A DNA stretch of 64,000 bases from NCBI GenBank assembly GCA_963701855.1, contig CAVPBK010000011.1:192001-256000 (forward strand), written 5' to 3'. Shown piece by piece: positions 31,467 to 41,590 of this stretch (the stretch's first letter is position 1; each line of letters begins with the position of its first letter). The translations under genes and the position numbers were made by a program. Source of the stretch: Nitrospirota bacterium (GTDB taxonomy: Bacteria; Nitrospirota; Nitrospiria; Nitrospirales; Nitrospiraceae). The notes under the pieces are model-generated. The model did not search any database and had not been told where the DNA came from. It was given only the letters and a program-made list of their open reading frames with translations.

Positions 31467-31592
31467 TTAGGTAGATAGGCTGAAGACCGAAGGTTGTCTA
31501 GGCTGAAGGTCATCGGACTATCGGAGGTCCGGATACTTCAAGTAACTAGACAGACCCGTCAGACTAAATCAGCCTTCAGCCTGAACCCCTGG
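31467..31592. repeat. GGCTGAA/TTCAGCC heptamer hairpin element, copy 1
   Basis: TTAGGTAGATAGGCTGAAG...TCGGAGGTCCGGATACTTCA...AGCCTTCAGCCTGAACCCCTG; reverse-complement homologue at 32140-32230. Confidence 0.75.
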
Positions 31593-31596
31593 ATCG

Positions 31597-32085
31597 CTAC
31601 CGCGATCCAAGATACCGCAACACTCTCCCCGGATTTCCTACCACGATCGCGTTCGCCGGCACATCGCTGGTCACGACACTGCCGGCGCCGATCAACGCAT
31701 TTTCGCCGATCACCACGTTCGATAGGATGGTTGCTCCCGATCCGATTGACGCGCCTCTTTTCACCAGAGTGACCTCGACCTTCCAATCTGCTTCAGTCTG
31801 AAGGGCGCCTGTGGCGCTTGTCGCACGAGGGAACGAGTCGTTGACGAACGTGACATTATGCCCGATGAGGACTTCGTCCTCGATCGTCACACCTTCACAG
31901 ATGAAGGTATGACTCGATATCTTGCACCGTTTGCCGACTTTGGCATTCTTTTGAACTTCGACGAAGGCCCCGATTTTTGTGTCATCACCGACCTCGCAGC
32001 CATAGAGGTTGATGAATTTCGAGAGCTTCACGTTCTGCCCCAACTTGACATCCGGCGCAATGCAGAGGTATCCGTTGGCCTGCAT
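31597..32085 (-). CDS. Hexapeptide-repeat N-acetyltransferase (WbpD/WxcM-like)
   Basis: KIGAFVEVQ, CKISSHTFICEGV, GASIGSGATIL, VVGNPGR. Confidence 0.9.
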   Translation of the reverse strand: MQANGYLCIAPDVKLGQNVKLSKFINLYGCEVGDDTKIGAFVEVQKNAKVGKRCKISSHTFICEGVTIEDEVLIGHNVTFVNDSFPRATSATGALQTEADWKVEVTLVKRGASIGSGATILSNVVIGENALIGAGSVVTSDVPANAIVVGNPGRVLRYLGSR

Positions 32086-32139
32086 ATCACCGCTCTTTGA
32101 GGTGCTGCACGCGGTCGTCTTTATTCATGCGGTTTGTAC

Positions 32140-32230
32140 TCAGGGGTTTTCAGGCTGAAGGCTGAAGTGTCCGGATCTCCGAACTCAGCTAGTCGCCTTC
32201 AGCCTAAAAGCCTTCAGTCTATCTACCTGA
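32140..32230. repeat. GGCTGAA/TTCAGCC heptamer hairpin element, copy 2 (inverted)
   Basis: CAGGGGTTTTCAGGCTGAAGGCTGAAG...GCCTTCAGCCTAAAAGCCTTCAGTCTATCTACCTGA. Confidence 0.75.
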
Positions 32231-32734
32231 GTAGTTAAAAGCCTGAGACAGGCTTACTTGGTCGATGCTCATGTTCAGCTTCGCATGAAGTCCCAGTGTA
32301 TTCAGCAGCAAGAGCACCCTGTTTCGGTCCGTCATTTCCCGCACGAATACGGCTTCAAGCCCCGCGAGCGGACCACCATTGATATGCAGAATTTGTCCCC
32401 TCTTGAAGTGCCTTGAATTCGGCGTGACATTTTCCAGCCGTTCCTTGATGGCATCGATCAATTCCTGACTTATTTCGGCCGGTTTGCCACCGAACCTCAC
32501 AATGGTCAGCACCCCTTTGGCATAGCTGACGGCTCGATACTGCGTACTTACATCGAAACACCCAAACATGTACCCTGGGAACAGTGGTGTGAGCACCATC
32601 TTCCGCGCTCGCCTCACCATCTTATTCTGCCTGAGCATGGGGAGGAAGGTCTCGACACACAACTGCCCTAGGTGGAATTCAGCCTGTTTTTCTTGGCGAG
32701 GTTTCGTTCTGATTACATACCACCGCACGGTCAT
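32219..32734 (-). CDS. NusG-paralogue antiterminator (RfaH/UpxY/LoaP-like)
   Basis: WYVIRTKPRQE, PLFPGYMF (NGN domain), FKRGQ...GGPLAGLEAVF (KOW). Confidence 0.9.
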   Translation of the reverse strand: MTVRWYVIRTKPRQEKQAEFHLGQLCVETFLPMLRQNKMVRRARKMVLTPLFPGYMFGCFDVSTQYRAVSYAKGVLTIVRFGGKPAEISQELIDAIKERLENVTPNSRHFKRGQILHINGGPLAGLEAVFVREMTDRNRVLLLLNTLGLHAKLNMSIDQVSLSQAFNYSGR

Positions 32735-32883
32735 GATATTAACAAGCAGTCCTTATTAATAAGATGAAACAGGAGACCAGGAACAGGAAACACGCGGGCT
32801 GCCGCCCTTCCGGTGCATCCCGGTTTCACCATTCACTCCTCTATCCCTTCCCACTCCGTCTGTCATAGATTCAGGTGGAAGGA

Positions 32884-35219
32884 TTATCTCGCCGCACTTT
32901 CTATCGATTGCTTGCCACTGTCAGTGTGGAACATGTGATAGCCATACAAATAGGACGGCATGCTCTGCTCCTCAACTGCATTGAGAATCACATGCGCGTC
33001 ACCGCTCAACCTGAGCATCGTGAAGGCTTGCTGCACGACGTGTATCGGCGTGGTTCCGGCTCGAATCACCATAATATGAAGGTCGGCCACACTCGCCAAT
33101 ATTTCCACCGATGCACTCGGCAACACCGGCGGGGCATTGAGAATGACATAGTCAAAGTTCATTCGGATTTTGGGTAATATGGCTTTCAGTTGCTGAATCC
33201 TCGTCAGCTCGTTGAAGTCCTCTCCCATTCTTCCAATCGACAGGATCGAGCAGGGCACCTCGTCAATGGCCGAGAGGCACTGTTCCAGAGAAGCCTCGCC
33301 ATCCAATAGCTCGATCAGTCCTCCCCAAGCAGGTTTATTGGCGTACTCGTGGAGCGAAGGATGGCGAAAATCACAATCGATGAGCAACGTCTTTTTCCCA
33401 AGGTTCCGGGCGAGCGTATATCCAAGATTCACGACCGTCGTCGTCTTCCCTTCCCCTTTGAGCGCGCTGGTTACTTCAAGTACTGTCGAGCGGCGACTCT
33501 CTGTCGACAACACCAGCTTTATTGCAGCCATGCGGTATTGTTCGGCAGCGATCGAGTGTGGCTGCCACTTCGCAACCAGATTGAGCTGTGACGAAAGCGC
33601 CTCCTCATCGCGTGCCCCGAACATCCAGGATGGGTACTTCCAACCTGCTCGTACCGCAGGCAAGGGAGAACCCACATCGGCACTGATGAGAGGACTCTGT
33701 GCTTGACGACTTAACTGATGGTACCTGGAATGAAAATTTGGAATCGCTGCCAACACTCGTATCCCCGGCAACATTTCCACTTCCTCTCGGCGTTTATATG
33801 TCGGATTTACTAGATCAAGTCCTATCGCCAGGCCTAGTCCCAGTCCACATCCTCCCAACAAGCCCAACACCATAATGAGCAATCGATTCGGCTTATCGAG
33901 CTTCTGCGGAAGATTGGCCGGATCCAACACGCGGAATTGCTCGCCTTTTTGGCGTTTCTCCAGATTCTCTGCCACATTGGCGTTCAGCCGTTTGTCCAGT
34001 AATGACTGATAATTCTTTTGCATATTTTCATAATCACGCATGAGGATCATCACGTCCTGCTCGCGCGATGGCGTCTGTTCCACCCGATGCTCAAATTCCC
34101 TGATATGTTCCGCAAGCCTTTGGCGGCGGTCCTTTGCCGAAGATACTTCAACGCGTAGCTCATTCCGCTGCTTCATCAGTTCCCTCAGGTAGGGATCGAA
34201 TGTCTTGGCTGCATCGCCATCCTTTTCTTTATCGGGACCCCCATATTTCTCGGCAAGCTGTTTCTTCACACTCTTGATTTCCTGCTTCGTCTCCACAATA
34301 TCCGGATAGGTTTCCTTGTACTCTGCTGCGAGCAGGGTCGTCAGGTTTTGTTCCAACTCTCGCAGCCTTCCGACAAGAGGGTCCATCCCGGCATGACCGG
34401 TAGGCCGTCGTGCCGGACGCGCCGGACGTGGTTCCACTCGTCTCATATTCCTTGATGGATTTCTCCGCCAAACTCACCTTATCAGTTAGGCTATGGATCA
34501 GTTCATCTGTGGCATTGAGATTCGTTTGCAACCGATCGAGCGCTCTGAGGTTGGCCTCCATTTGCTCAGGCAAAAGCCCAATATGTTTTGACTTGTACTG
34601 ACTGATCGCTTGCTCTTGAGCCTCCAAGGCTTTCTGCGCGTCACGTAATTCTCGTTCTAGAAAACTCAGACACTCCCGTCACCAGTTGCTCTCTTACTTT
34701 TAGATTTTCTTCGATGAACAGCGAGGCAAGCTTCGCGGTGACCTTCATGGCTGTCATCGGATTTTCGTGCGAGAATGAAATTGTCACGGCTTCAACGCTT
34801 TTCCCCCTGGCGCCGGCCGTTCCAACTGTCTCCACCTTGATTGCTTTTCGCATTCCTTCAATCGTCGATTCGATGCCGTCCCGCTTTACTTGTCCCTCGT
34901 AGAGTTTAAACTCTTCTATGGTCTGGCTCAGCAGCGTTCGGCTCATCACCTGCTGTTGGATCATCGTCAGTCGTTCCTCGATGCTCGCCCCTCCAATGCC
35001 TTTGACGTAGTCGTCAGGAATTTTCTGATTTTCGATGAGAATTAATGTGCTGGAGCGATAACTTTTTGGCAGCACCAGGCACAACACCCCTGCCACCACA
35101 ACGCCGGCCAGGATCGAACTCATGACCAGCCATTTCCTCCGGACGATCATTGCCCAATACGCTTGAATCACCACCGACGCTGGGTTGTTCGACGCTGGTT
35201 CGTTCGTATTCATTCCCAC
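32884..35219 (-). CDS. wzc: Wzc-like polysaccharide co-polymerase/tyrosine kinase; two frameshifts (~34662, ~34405)
   Basis: Wzz N-terminus (RRKWL..LPKSYRS), coiled coil, LDPANLP and TM2, Walker A SALKGEGKTT, LIDCD. Removing one base at each site joins the three ORFs. Confidence 0.85.
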
Positions 35220-36502
35220 TCCGCAAATATCCTCAGCATGACAATATTTCGATGGAAACTGGACTCTTGCGACGAAACCGTTCGGTCAAACAGGCTATAG
35301 GTATACGACAACGTCGCAGTCATGGCTCGATTCACCTTATACTGCGCACTGGGCGTTACGGAATACGACTTATACTCCACGAGCGAACTATCTGGGATCG
35401 ACTGATTGTTCCCATATCTCCCGTTGAGTATCACTGAAAAATCCCTCGTCACGTGATGTGTCGCAGTTGCCGCCACAACCTGGCTCAGTAATGGCACAGC
35501 CGCACCAGAAAAATTCGGTGCGATCATTCTCTTATAGGAGAGCATAAGGCTGGAATCCTGCCCATCCCACAGCAGAGATGCAGATCCCACATATTGAAGA
35601 TTATTGGTGTTGCTAAAAACAGCGACTCCTCCCGTCATACTTGCTGTGACTGTCGGTGTAACCTCCCTGGTCCACCCTGCAACCGCGCCCTGAGTGGAAA
35701 AGTCGCTCTTGGAACCCTGAACATCAAACGTACCCTTTTGATATTGATGAAAAAGCGTCACAGTATCTATTGGGGACACCTTGAGAACGGGTCCAGACGT
35801 TACAGTTTGGAAGGTCGTGTCAATTAAGTTAGTCAGTAGGCTGTTCTGCTGGATCCCTGCGGTTGGTATAGAAGATTGACTCCCGAATTGTCTTCGTAGA
35901 TCTGCATATGTTGAGCTGAAACTCAGTCGTGGAGATACGGCATAGGACACTGCTACATTCCCGGCATTAATGGTGGAATTCGCCCGCCGGGCCTGTATCC
36001 CAATCACTACTGAATCCGGAAGCTCATCACTACCAGTTGAAGCGGCGAATGCCGGCGGTTGGGGCGTATAGCGGTACCTATCTGATATTGTCAATCCCAA
36101 TCCTCGCACGAGTTTGTTCATAGCCCCATCGAGATTCAGATTTATTACCGCATTTGTCCCCACATAGTTAAGTCCGGGATTTTTCACATACGCCTCGGCG
36201 GTCAACCCGCCGCCGACCGTTCCTTCTACCAATTGCCCCCTATGAACCACCCGTAACTGCGGAGAAGCCGTCGTGACATAGTCCTCAAATGGGCCACCAG
36301 AGATAAAATACACGTTACTGTCATACCGTTCAGACAAGGCTAGCGACGGAATAATGTTTGTCCCTATTCCTGCGGCAGCTTTCGGTGCCGGCGTCGAGGG
36401 AATAGCCGCCTGTCCTTGAACTGGACCTGGATTCATCATCACCATGCCGCTGATCGTTGCCACCGCGACCAAAATTGCTACCCCTCGCCCCTGCCCTGCC
36501 AT
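35210..36502 (-). CDS. Outer-membrane beta-barrel protein of EPS export locus
   Basis: Signal peptide, ERYDSN motif, alternating beta-strands, C-terminal IFAEWE. Confidence 0.75.
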   Translation of the reverse strand: MAGQGRGVAILVAVATISGMVMMNPGPVQGQAAIPSTPAPKAAAGIGTNIIPSLALSERYDSNVYFISGGPFEDYVTTASPQLRVVHRGQLVEGTVGGGLTAEAYVKNPGLNYVGTNAVINLNLDGAMNKLVRGLGLTISDRYRYTPQPPAFAASTGSDELPDSVVIGIQARRANSTINAGNVAVSYAVSPRLSFSSTYADLRRQFGSQSSIPTAGIQQNSLLTNLIDTTFQTVTSGPVLKVSPIDTVTLFHQYQKGTFDVQGSKSDFSTQGAVAGWTREVTPTVTASMTGGVAVFSNTNNLQYVGSASLLWDGQDSSLMLSYKRMIAPNFSGAAVPLLSQVVAATATHHVTRDFSVILNGRYGNNQSIPDSSLVEYKSYSVTPSAQYKVNRAMTATLSYTYSLFDRTVSSQESSFHRNIVMLRIFAEWE

Positions 36503-36519
36503 ACCTCTATGCCATGCCT

Positions 36520-37167
36520 CTACGGCACGACCACCACATCTCCCGTTTTGAGGAAGAAATTTCCGATCTCCCCACTACCAGAGATCAGGTCATCATAGCG
36601 GGCCGGAATCCGGATTTCGCGCGACTCTCCATTCTCGGTTTGCACATTTCGAATCACCCGCATTTTATTTTTTGCGGCATAGATCCCGAATCCACCCGCA
36701 ATAGCCAGAGCCTGCAGGACAGTCGCCTGTGACTTGAGTTGATACTTGCCGGGCTTGATCACTTCCCCCAGAACATACACGTAATAACTGTTGACCTCTT
36801 TCACGCTCACGGTCACGGTGGGGCGTTCCTTGAATTCCTTCAATCGCGATGCAATTTGGCTCGCCAGTTGATTCGAGGTCAGTCCGCCTGCCATCACTTC
36901 TCCGATCAATGGCATTGAGATCTTGCCGTCAGGCCTCACCACCACGCCCTTCTGCGAGAGCTCTTCATTTTTCCAGACCACAATGTCGAGCACATCCTCA
37001 GGTCCCAGCAAAAAATCCTTCTGGGAGTTATGGGTATTACCGGCCTCTCCGACTACATCTATCTCTCTCTCTCTCGATGGGCCGACACAGCCGACCACGC
37101 CGCTCAACAAGGCGATGATCACCACCCCGTGCACTGTCTTTCCACCGAACATCGTCGGTGACCTCAT
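36520..37167 (-). CDS. Polysaccharide biosynthesis/export protein (short Wza-like lipoprotein)
   Basis: Lipobox VVGC; LGPEDVL, VRPDGKISMPLIG, VLGEV..PG, LKTGDVVVVP. Confidence 0.9.
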   Translation of the reverse strand: MRSPTMFGGKTVHGVVIIALLSGVVGCVGPSREREIDVVGEAGNTHNSQKDFLLGPEDVLDIVVWKNEELSQKGVVVRPDGKISMPLIGEVMAGGLTSNQLASQIASRLKEFKERPTVTVSVKEVNSYYVYVLGEVIKPGKYQLKSQATVLQALAIAGGFGIYAAKNKMRVIRNVQTENGESREIRIPARYDDLISGSGEIGNFFLKTGDVVVVP

Positions 37168-37898
37168 GGCGCCAGCACCATCGTTTCCGAAGGCACGACG
37201 ATTTGGTCTCCTGGTTTCAGTTCAATGTCTTGGGTGGAGCCGTCTCGCAGCACAATGTCATCGTAACTGGCCTTCATCTTGATCCGACCTCCGCCATCCT
37301 TCGCGAAGCGGAACACCACGATCTTGCTCCTCTCCGCCATGGGCGTAAAGCCGCTTGCAATCGTAATGGCCTGGAGCAACGTCGTCTTGCTCTTGAGAGG
37401 GTACTTTCCTGGCTTCACCACTTCTCCCAGCACATAGATCGCATAGCTATTCACTTCCTTTACGACGATCGACAGCTGAGGATGTTCCTTATACTCTTTC
37501 AACTTTGCCGAAATGTCTTCAGACAATTGGGCTGGGGTTTTCCCCACCGCCGTGATGTCTCCGATCAAGGGAAGCGAAATTCTCCCGTCAGGACGAACGG
37601 TGACTTGCTTGGAGAGATCGGCATTTTTCCACACCGTGATCTCGAGAACATCCTCGGGGCCGATGAAATAATCCTGCGTCACAATCAACGACGTTTTCTC
37701 GGCCTTCTCCAAAATTTGAGGAGCAGGTGCTGCGTCCTGCCCCATTCGACTCGGGTCCGCTTGCACCAATCCTGGAATGGTACCGTGGCTCACGCTTACA
37801 AGGATGACTAATGGTAAGGCTCTCTGCAACAATATCTTTCTGCAAAAGTGCTTCATCAGCCTGCTCCCTAAAACAGGCAAACAGGTTAATTCATGCAC
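37164..37898 (-). CDS. Polysaccharide biosynthesis/export protein (short Wza-like)
   Basis: IGPEDVL, VRPDGRISLPLIG, LKPGDQIVVP; tandem paralogue of 36520..37167; the true start may be downstream. Confidence 0.9.
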   Translation of the reverse strand: MHELTCLPVLGSRLMKHFCRKILLQRALPLVILVSVSHGTIPGLVQADPSRMGQDAAPAPQILEKAEKTSLIVTQDYFIGPEDVLEITVWKNADLSKQVTVRPDGRISLPLIGDITAVGKTPAQLSEDISAKLKEYKEHPQLSIVVKEVNSYAIYVLGEVVKPGKYPLKSKTTLLQAITIASGFTPMAERSKIVVFRFAKDGGGRIKMKASYDDIVLRDGSTQDIELKPGDQIVVPSETMVLAP

Positions 37899-37952
37899 TC
37901 TCGTTCACCGCTTCGCTATCCAAACGGCATTCCCTCCCTGATCGCGACGCAT

Positions 37953-38189
37953 CTAACAGGATGCTGAAAAAGTCCGCCAGCGCAAAGAAGGTTGAGGTTC
38001 AGGCTCAGGTTGAGAAAAAGAGAGTCTGAATCTTCGCTAAACCTTGACCTTGAGCTCAGCCTATCTCGGAAGCTGCGGCCTTGCTGGACGGCCTTTTTGA
38101 GCATCCTGATGCTCTGTTGACATCGACGCCAATAGGGAAGGTTCCAATGGCACATTGTGTATACACTGAGTTTTTCCACAGCCTGCTAA
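37953..38189 (-). mobile_element. MITE-like element, family 1 (hexamer-hairpin core), copy C
   Basis: CTAA duplicated at both ends; CAGGATGCTGAAAAAG...inner CTTTTTGAGCATCCTG...outer TTTTTCCACAGCCTG. Confidence 0.85.
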
Positions 38190-38555
38190 AGCTGATGTTC
38201 AGGAAGAGCCTTTTCCCGCTTTAGTTCGGCATGGCTTCGCCCGCTAAGGCCGGCTATTTATCATTTATACTTTATTGGGCTCAACAAAGTCACCCGCTCA
38301 CTGCTCAAAAGGTGAATGTTGCCCCCCCGAAAGGGCTAAGTACTATTTCCTCTCTAGAGCTACGTTCCTAATGTCAATGTGATGCTCATTTAGCTGAACG
38401 AACTGAATGCCCTGTCCACGTCCATGCCAAACGAGTAAACTTTCGACCACATGGTTATGTTGTCACCGCCGTCACTCGACCCTCGGCTATGACTCCCCGG
38501 CCGAGTACGAAGCAAGGACGGCTGTTGCTTAACCAGGTGTCCACAAAATTGGGGG

Positions 38556-38748
38556 AAGGTCAGTTGGAGGTTGGAGGGAGAAGCAGAAGGTTGAGGCTGA
38601 GGTTAAGGCTAAGCTTGAGGTCGAGCCGAAGAATCTCCCTACTCATCCTGAACCTCGACCTTAGCCTTCAGATCATCGGACTGGGAGAAGTAGAAGGCTG
38701 AGGTTGAGCAGCAAGGTGGGGGGAGAGGCTGAGAAATATCCGGCTCAT
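38556..38748. repeat. AGGYTR hexamer tandem-repeat hairpin
   Basis: AGGTTG AGGCTG AGGTTA AGGCTA AGCTTG AGGTCG followed by CCTGAA CCTCGA CCTTAG CCTT; ends in GAGAAATATCCGGCTCAT, shared with 47215-47232. Confidence 0.8.
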
Positions 38749-38821
38749 ATAGCGCGTCGATGATCGGCGCAATCTTCATGAAATTGGACCGCGCCCCTGC
38801 AATCAGATCAATCCGCTTCAT
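38749..38821 (-). pseudogene. wecB: UDP-GlcNAc 2-epimerase 5' remnant
   Basis: MKRIDLIAGARSNFMKIAPIIDAL matches the WecB N-terminal motif GARPNFMKIAP; it runs into the repeat after about 25 codons. Confidence 0.8.
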
Positions 38822-38883
38822 GGTCTGACCTTGATTAACATGACACCCTGGATGGCACGCTGGACCTATTCAAGAAAAACTGC

Positions 38884-39032
38884 GGCGATGCGGAAGTCCG
38901 CCAACAGCGTTGGAAGGTTAAGGATGAGGTCAAGGCTGAGAAAAAAAAGAGCCTGTTCGGCGCTTAACCTTAACCTCAGCCTTCTCCAGGTGTTACGGCC
39001 GCACTGGACGGACTGTTTCAGCATCTCGCTAG
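38884..39032 (-). mobile_element. Degenerate family-1 MITE, copy D
   Basis: GATGCGGAAGTCCGCCA...hexamer hairpin...CTGGACGGACTGTTTCAGCATCTCGCTAG. Confidence 0.7.
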
Positions 39033-39116
39033 GACTGGGGGAATGCTCGGCCTGTTGGAGGAGACGTTAACGGATTTGTTTGTTTTCCACAACTGAGAAA
39101 GGTGTTCGATGGACCG

Positions 39117-39775
39117 TTACTTCCCGTTTCGCAGAAGGCCCTGCCACATCTGCAACGCCTGCTGTGCCCACGGGCTGTTGCCTTGTCCTTGGCGGTTGTC
39201 GACGTGTATTCGCCTCATACTCAACGACTCGATGCGCATGGCGACATCTCGATATTGTGGTGCTTCACGGCGGAGCCATCGATAGGACTCCAAGGCTTCA
39301 GGAATACGCTCGAGCGACTCTAGCGTTCTCCCTAAGAGGTAGAGAATCTGCACTTGTTCTTTCGACGATGTCGAGGGCACTTGCAGCGCTCGACGAAAAG
39401 CCGCAACGGCTTCTTCCTGTTTTCCACTCTTCTTGAGACAGAAACCCATTTGGGCGAAGCCCTTCAGTCGCGTATGCCGGATCCTGTGCGGCTTGCTCAA
39501 AATGTTCTGCTGCCTGTCTGAAAAGACCCACATTCTTGAGCACCATTCCTCGTTCGTATGATTCATGTCCATCCGATGTCCCTATCAATCTCGTGGCTTC
39601 AACTACCTGTAGCCGTGCCTCCTGAATGGGGGCACTGGTCTTCATTCACCGGCAAGGCTCGGTTTGAGGCAAGATGGTTCTCTTGGGTCAGGGATAATGC
39701 GTTGGTTTCGTCCACGTTCTTGTTTCCTGTGGGAGATGAAAGCAAATGGCCATTATTTCGCAAGTCTTGGACCAT
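39117..39775 (-). CDS. TPR protein (frameshifted), paralogous to the C-terminal domain of the ExeA-like protein
   Basis: ORF 39298..39645 (YERGMVLKNVGLFRQAAEHFEQA) joins 39117..39572 (LKGFAQMGFC...YLLGRTLES) on removing one A near 39468. The 39775 start needs a further frameshift and is uncertain. Confidence 0.7.
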
Positions 39776-39899
39776 TTAGGTTGACTCGCAAACCTATTAC
39801 GTTTCAATATCTTTGAGTATGTTCTGTGGGTGAGTGAGAGGGGAAACAGCGCATACTTCGGCAGATTCGCACAAATTTGCTCTCACTTTCTGGATACAC

Positions 39900-40025
39900 G
39901 AGAGGGGTGAGACAGGCGGGACAAGCGCGACTCAAATTCGAAGTCCAGGGTTCGAAATTCCAACAACCTCGAACAGTCGTCCATATCGCTCGTCGCGCCT
40001 GTTGCGCAGGTCTTGCTTGTCTCTC
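39900..40025. repeat. Imperfect hairpin with 9-nt-periodic arms and CGAAGTYCAGGGTTCGAA core
   Basis: GAGACAGGC GGGACAAGC GCGAC ... GTCGC GCCTGTTGC ... GCTTGTCTCTC; core shared with 2668-2712. Confidence 0.6.
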
Positions 40026-40061
40026 TCAGAATTCACGAGCAACGAGGGCGGTTGGCATGAG

Positions 40062-41042
<981 letters not shown>

Positions 41043-41411
41043 TTAAGGTTGAGTAGTCCTGCGAAGTGAGCGAATCAATGCGTTGAGTTCTTTCCAGATT
41101 TCGTCGGTCAGCTTCATTGCAAGAATGCATTCACTCTGTTTGAAATACGATACCTTCTGTCCATAGATAAGATGGTTCTTCGTTTCAGCTAGTGATCCGC
41201 GAGAGGCGTAGTAGAAATTCAGTTTGTCCTTTGTGTGTTGACGACCAAATCCTTCAGCAAGATTTCCGGGAACCGAGAGGGCAGATCGTCTAACCTGCGA
41301 AGTCAACCCGTAATCTTCCTTTCTCGGAAGACTCTCGGTTAATGAAAATACCTTCTGGGCCAATTCCATGGCCTTTTGCCAAACCGGCATATCCTCGAAG
41401 GAACTAAACAC
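41043..41411 (-). CDS. Four-helix-bundle protein (23S rRNA intervening-sequence protein family)
   Basis: FEDMPVWQKAM, LPRKEDYGLTSQVRRSALSVPGNLAEG, SRGSLAET; 122 aa. Confidence 0.9.
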   Translation of the reverse strand: MFSSFEDMPVWQKAMELAQKVFSLTESLPRKEDYGLTSQVRRSALSVPGNLAEGFGRQHTKDKLNFYYASRGSLAETKNHLIYGQKVSYFKQSECILAMKLTDEIWKELNALIRSLRRTTQP

Positions 41412-41590
41412 CCGTTGGCCTCAACCTTAGCGGAAGGCTTAGGTCTAGGTTAAGACCGAGGGAAAGGTTGAGGTCGAGATTAAGGTCAAGCACGGAAGCC
41501 ATGAGCTGTCTGATCTCCCTCAATCCTCTCAACCTTCTCCAACCTCCTAACCTCCGCTTCTAACCTTCAAGCCTCCAACCTCAGCCTTTC
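41412..41590. repeat. AGGYTR hexamer/heptamer repeat hairpins between gmd and the four-helix-bundle gene
   Basis: AGGCTT AGGTCT AGGTTA..AGGTTG AGGTCG AGATTA AGGTCA and CAACCT-type runs; the reverse complement of 41464-41506 is homologous to 47227-47268. Confidence 0.8.

Noticed and set aside
23910..38189. CRISPR array suggested by repeat plus variable spacer
   Set aside because: Copies are dispersed singly, have TIRs and target duplications, do not form tandem repeat-spacer arrays, and there are no cas genes.
38190..38480. ops/JUMPstart or sigma54 site upstream of the wza pair
   Set aside because: Only partial matches (GGCGGTGAC; TGGCAT without a correctly spaced TTGC).
37811..39070. Small ORFs such as 37811..38029, 37916..38179, 38489..38701 and 38831..39070
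   Set aside because: They are translations of MITE and hexamer repeats (RLRLRL, VEVQAQVE, LNLSLNL) with no independent coding evidence.
41043..41411. Diversity-generating retroelement (Avd-like gene)
   Set aside because: No reverse transcriptase and no TR/VR pair with adenine-specific mismatches seen in the window.
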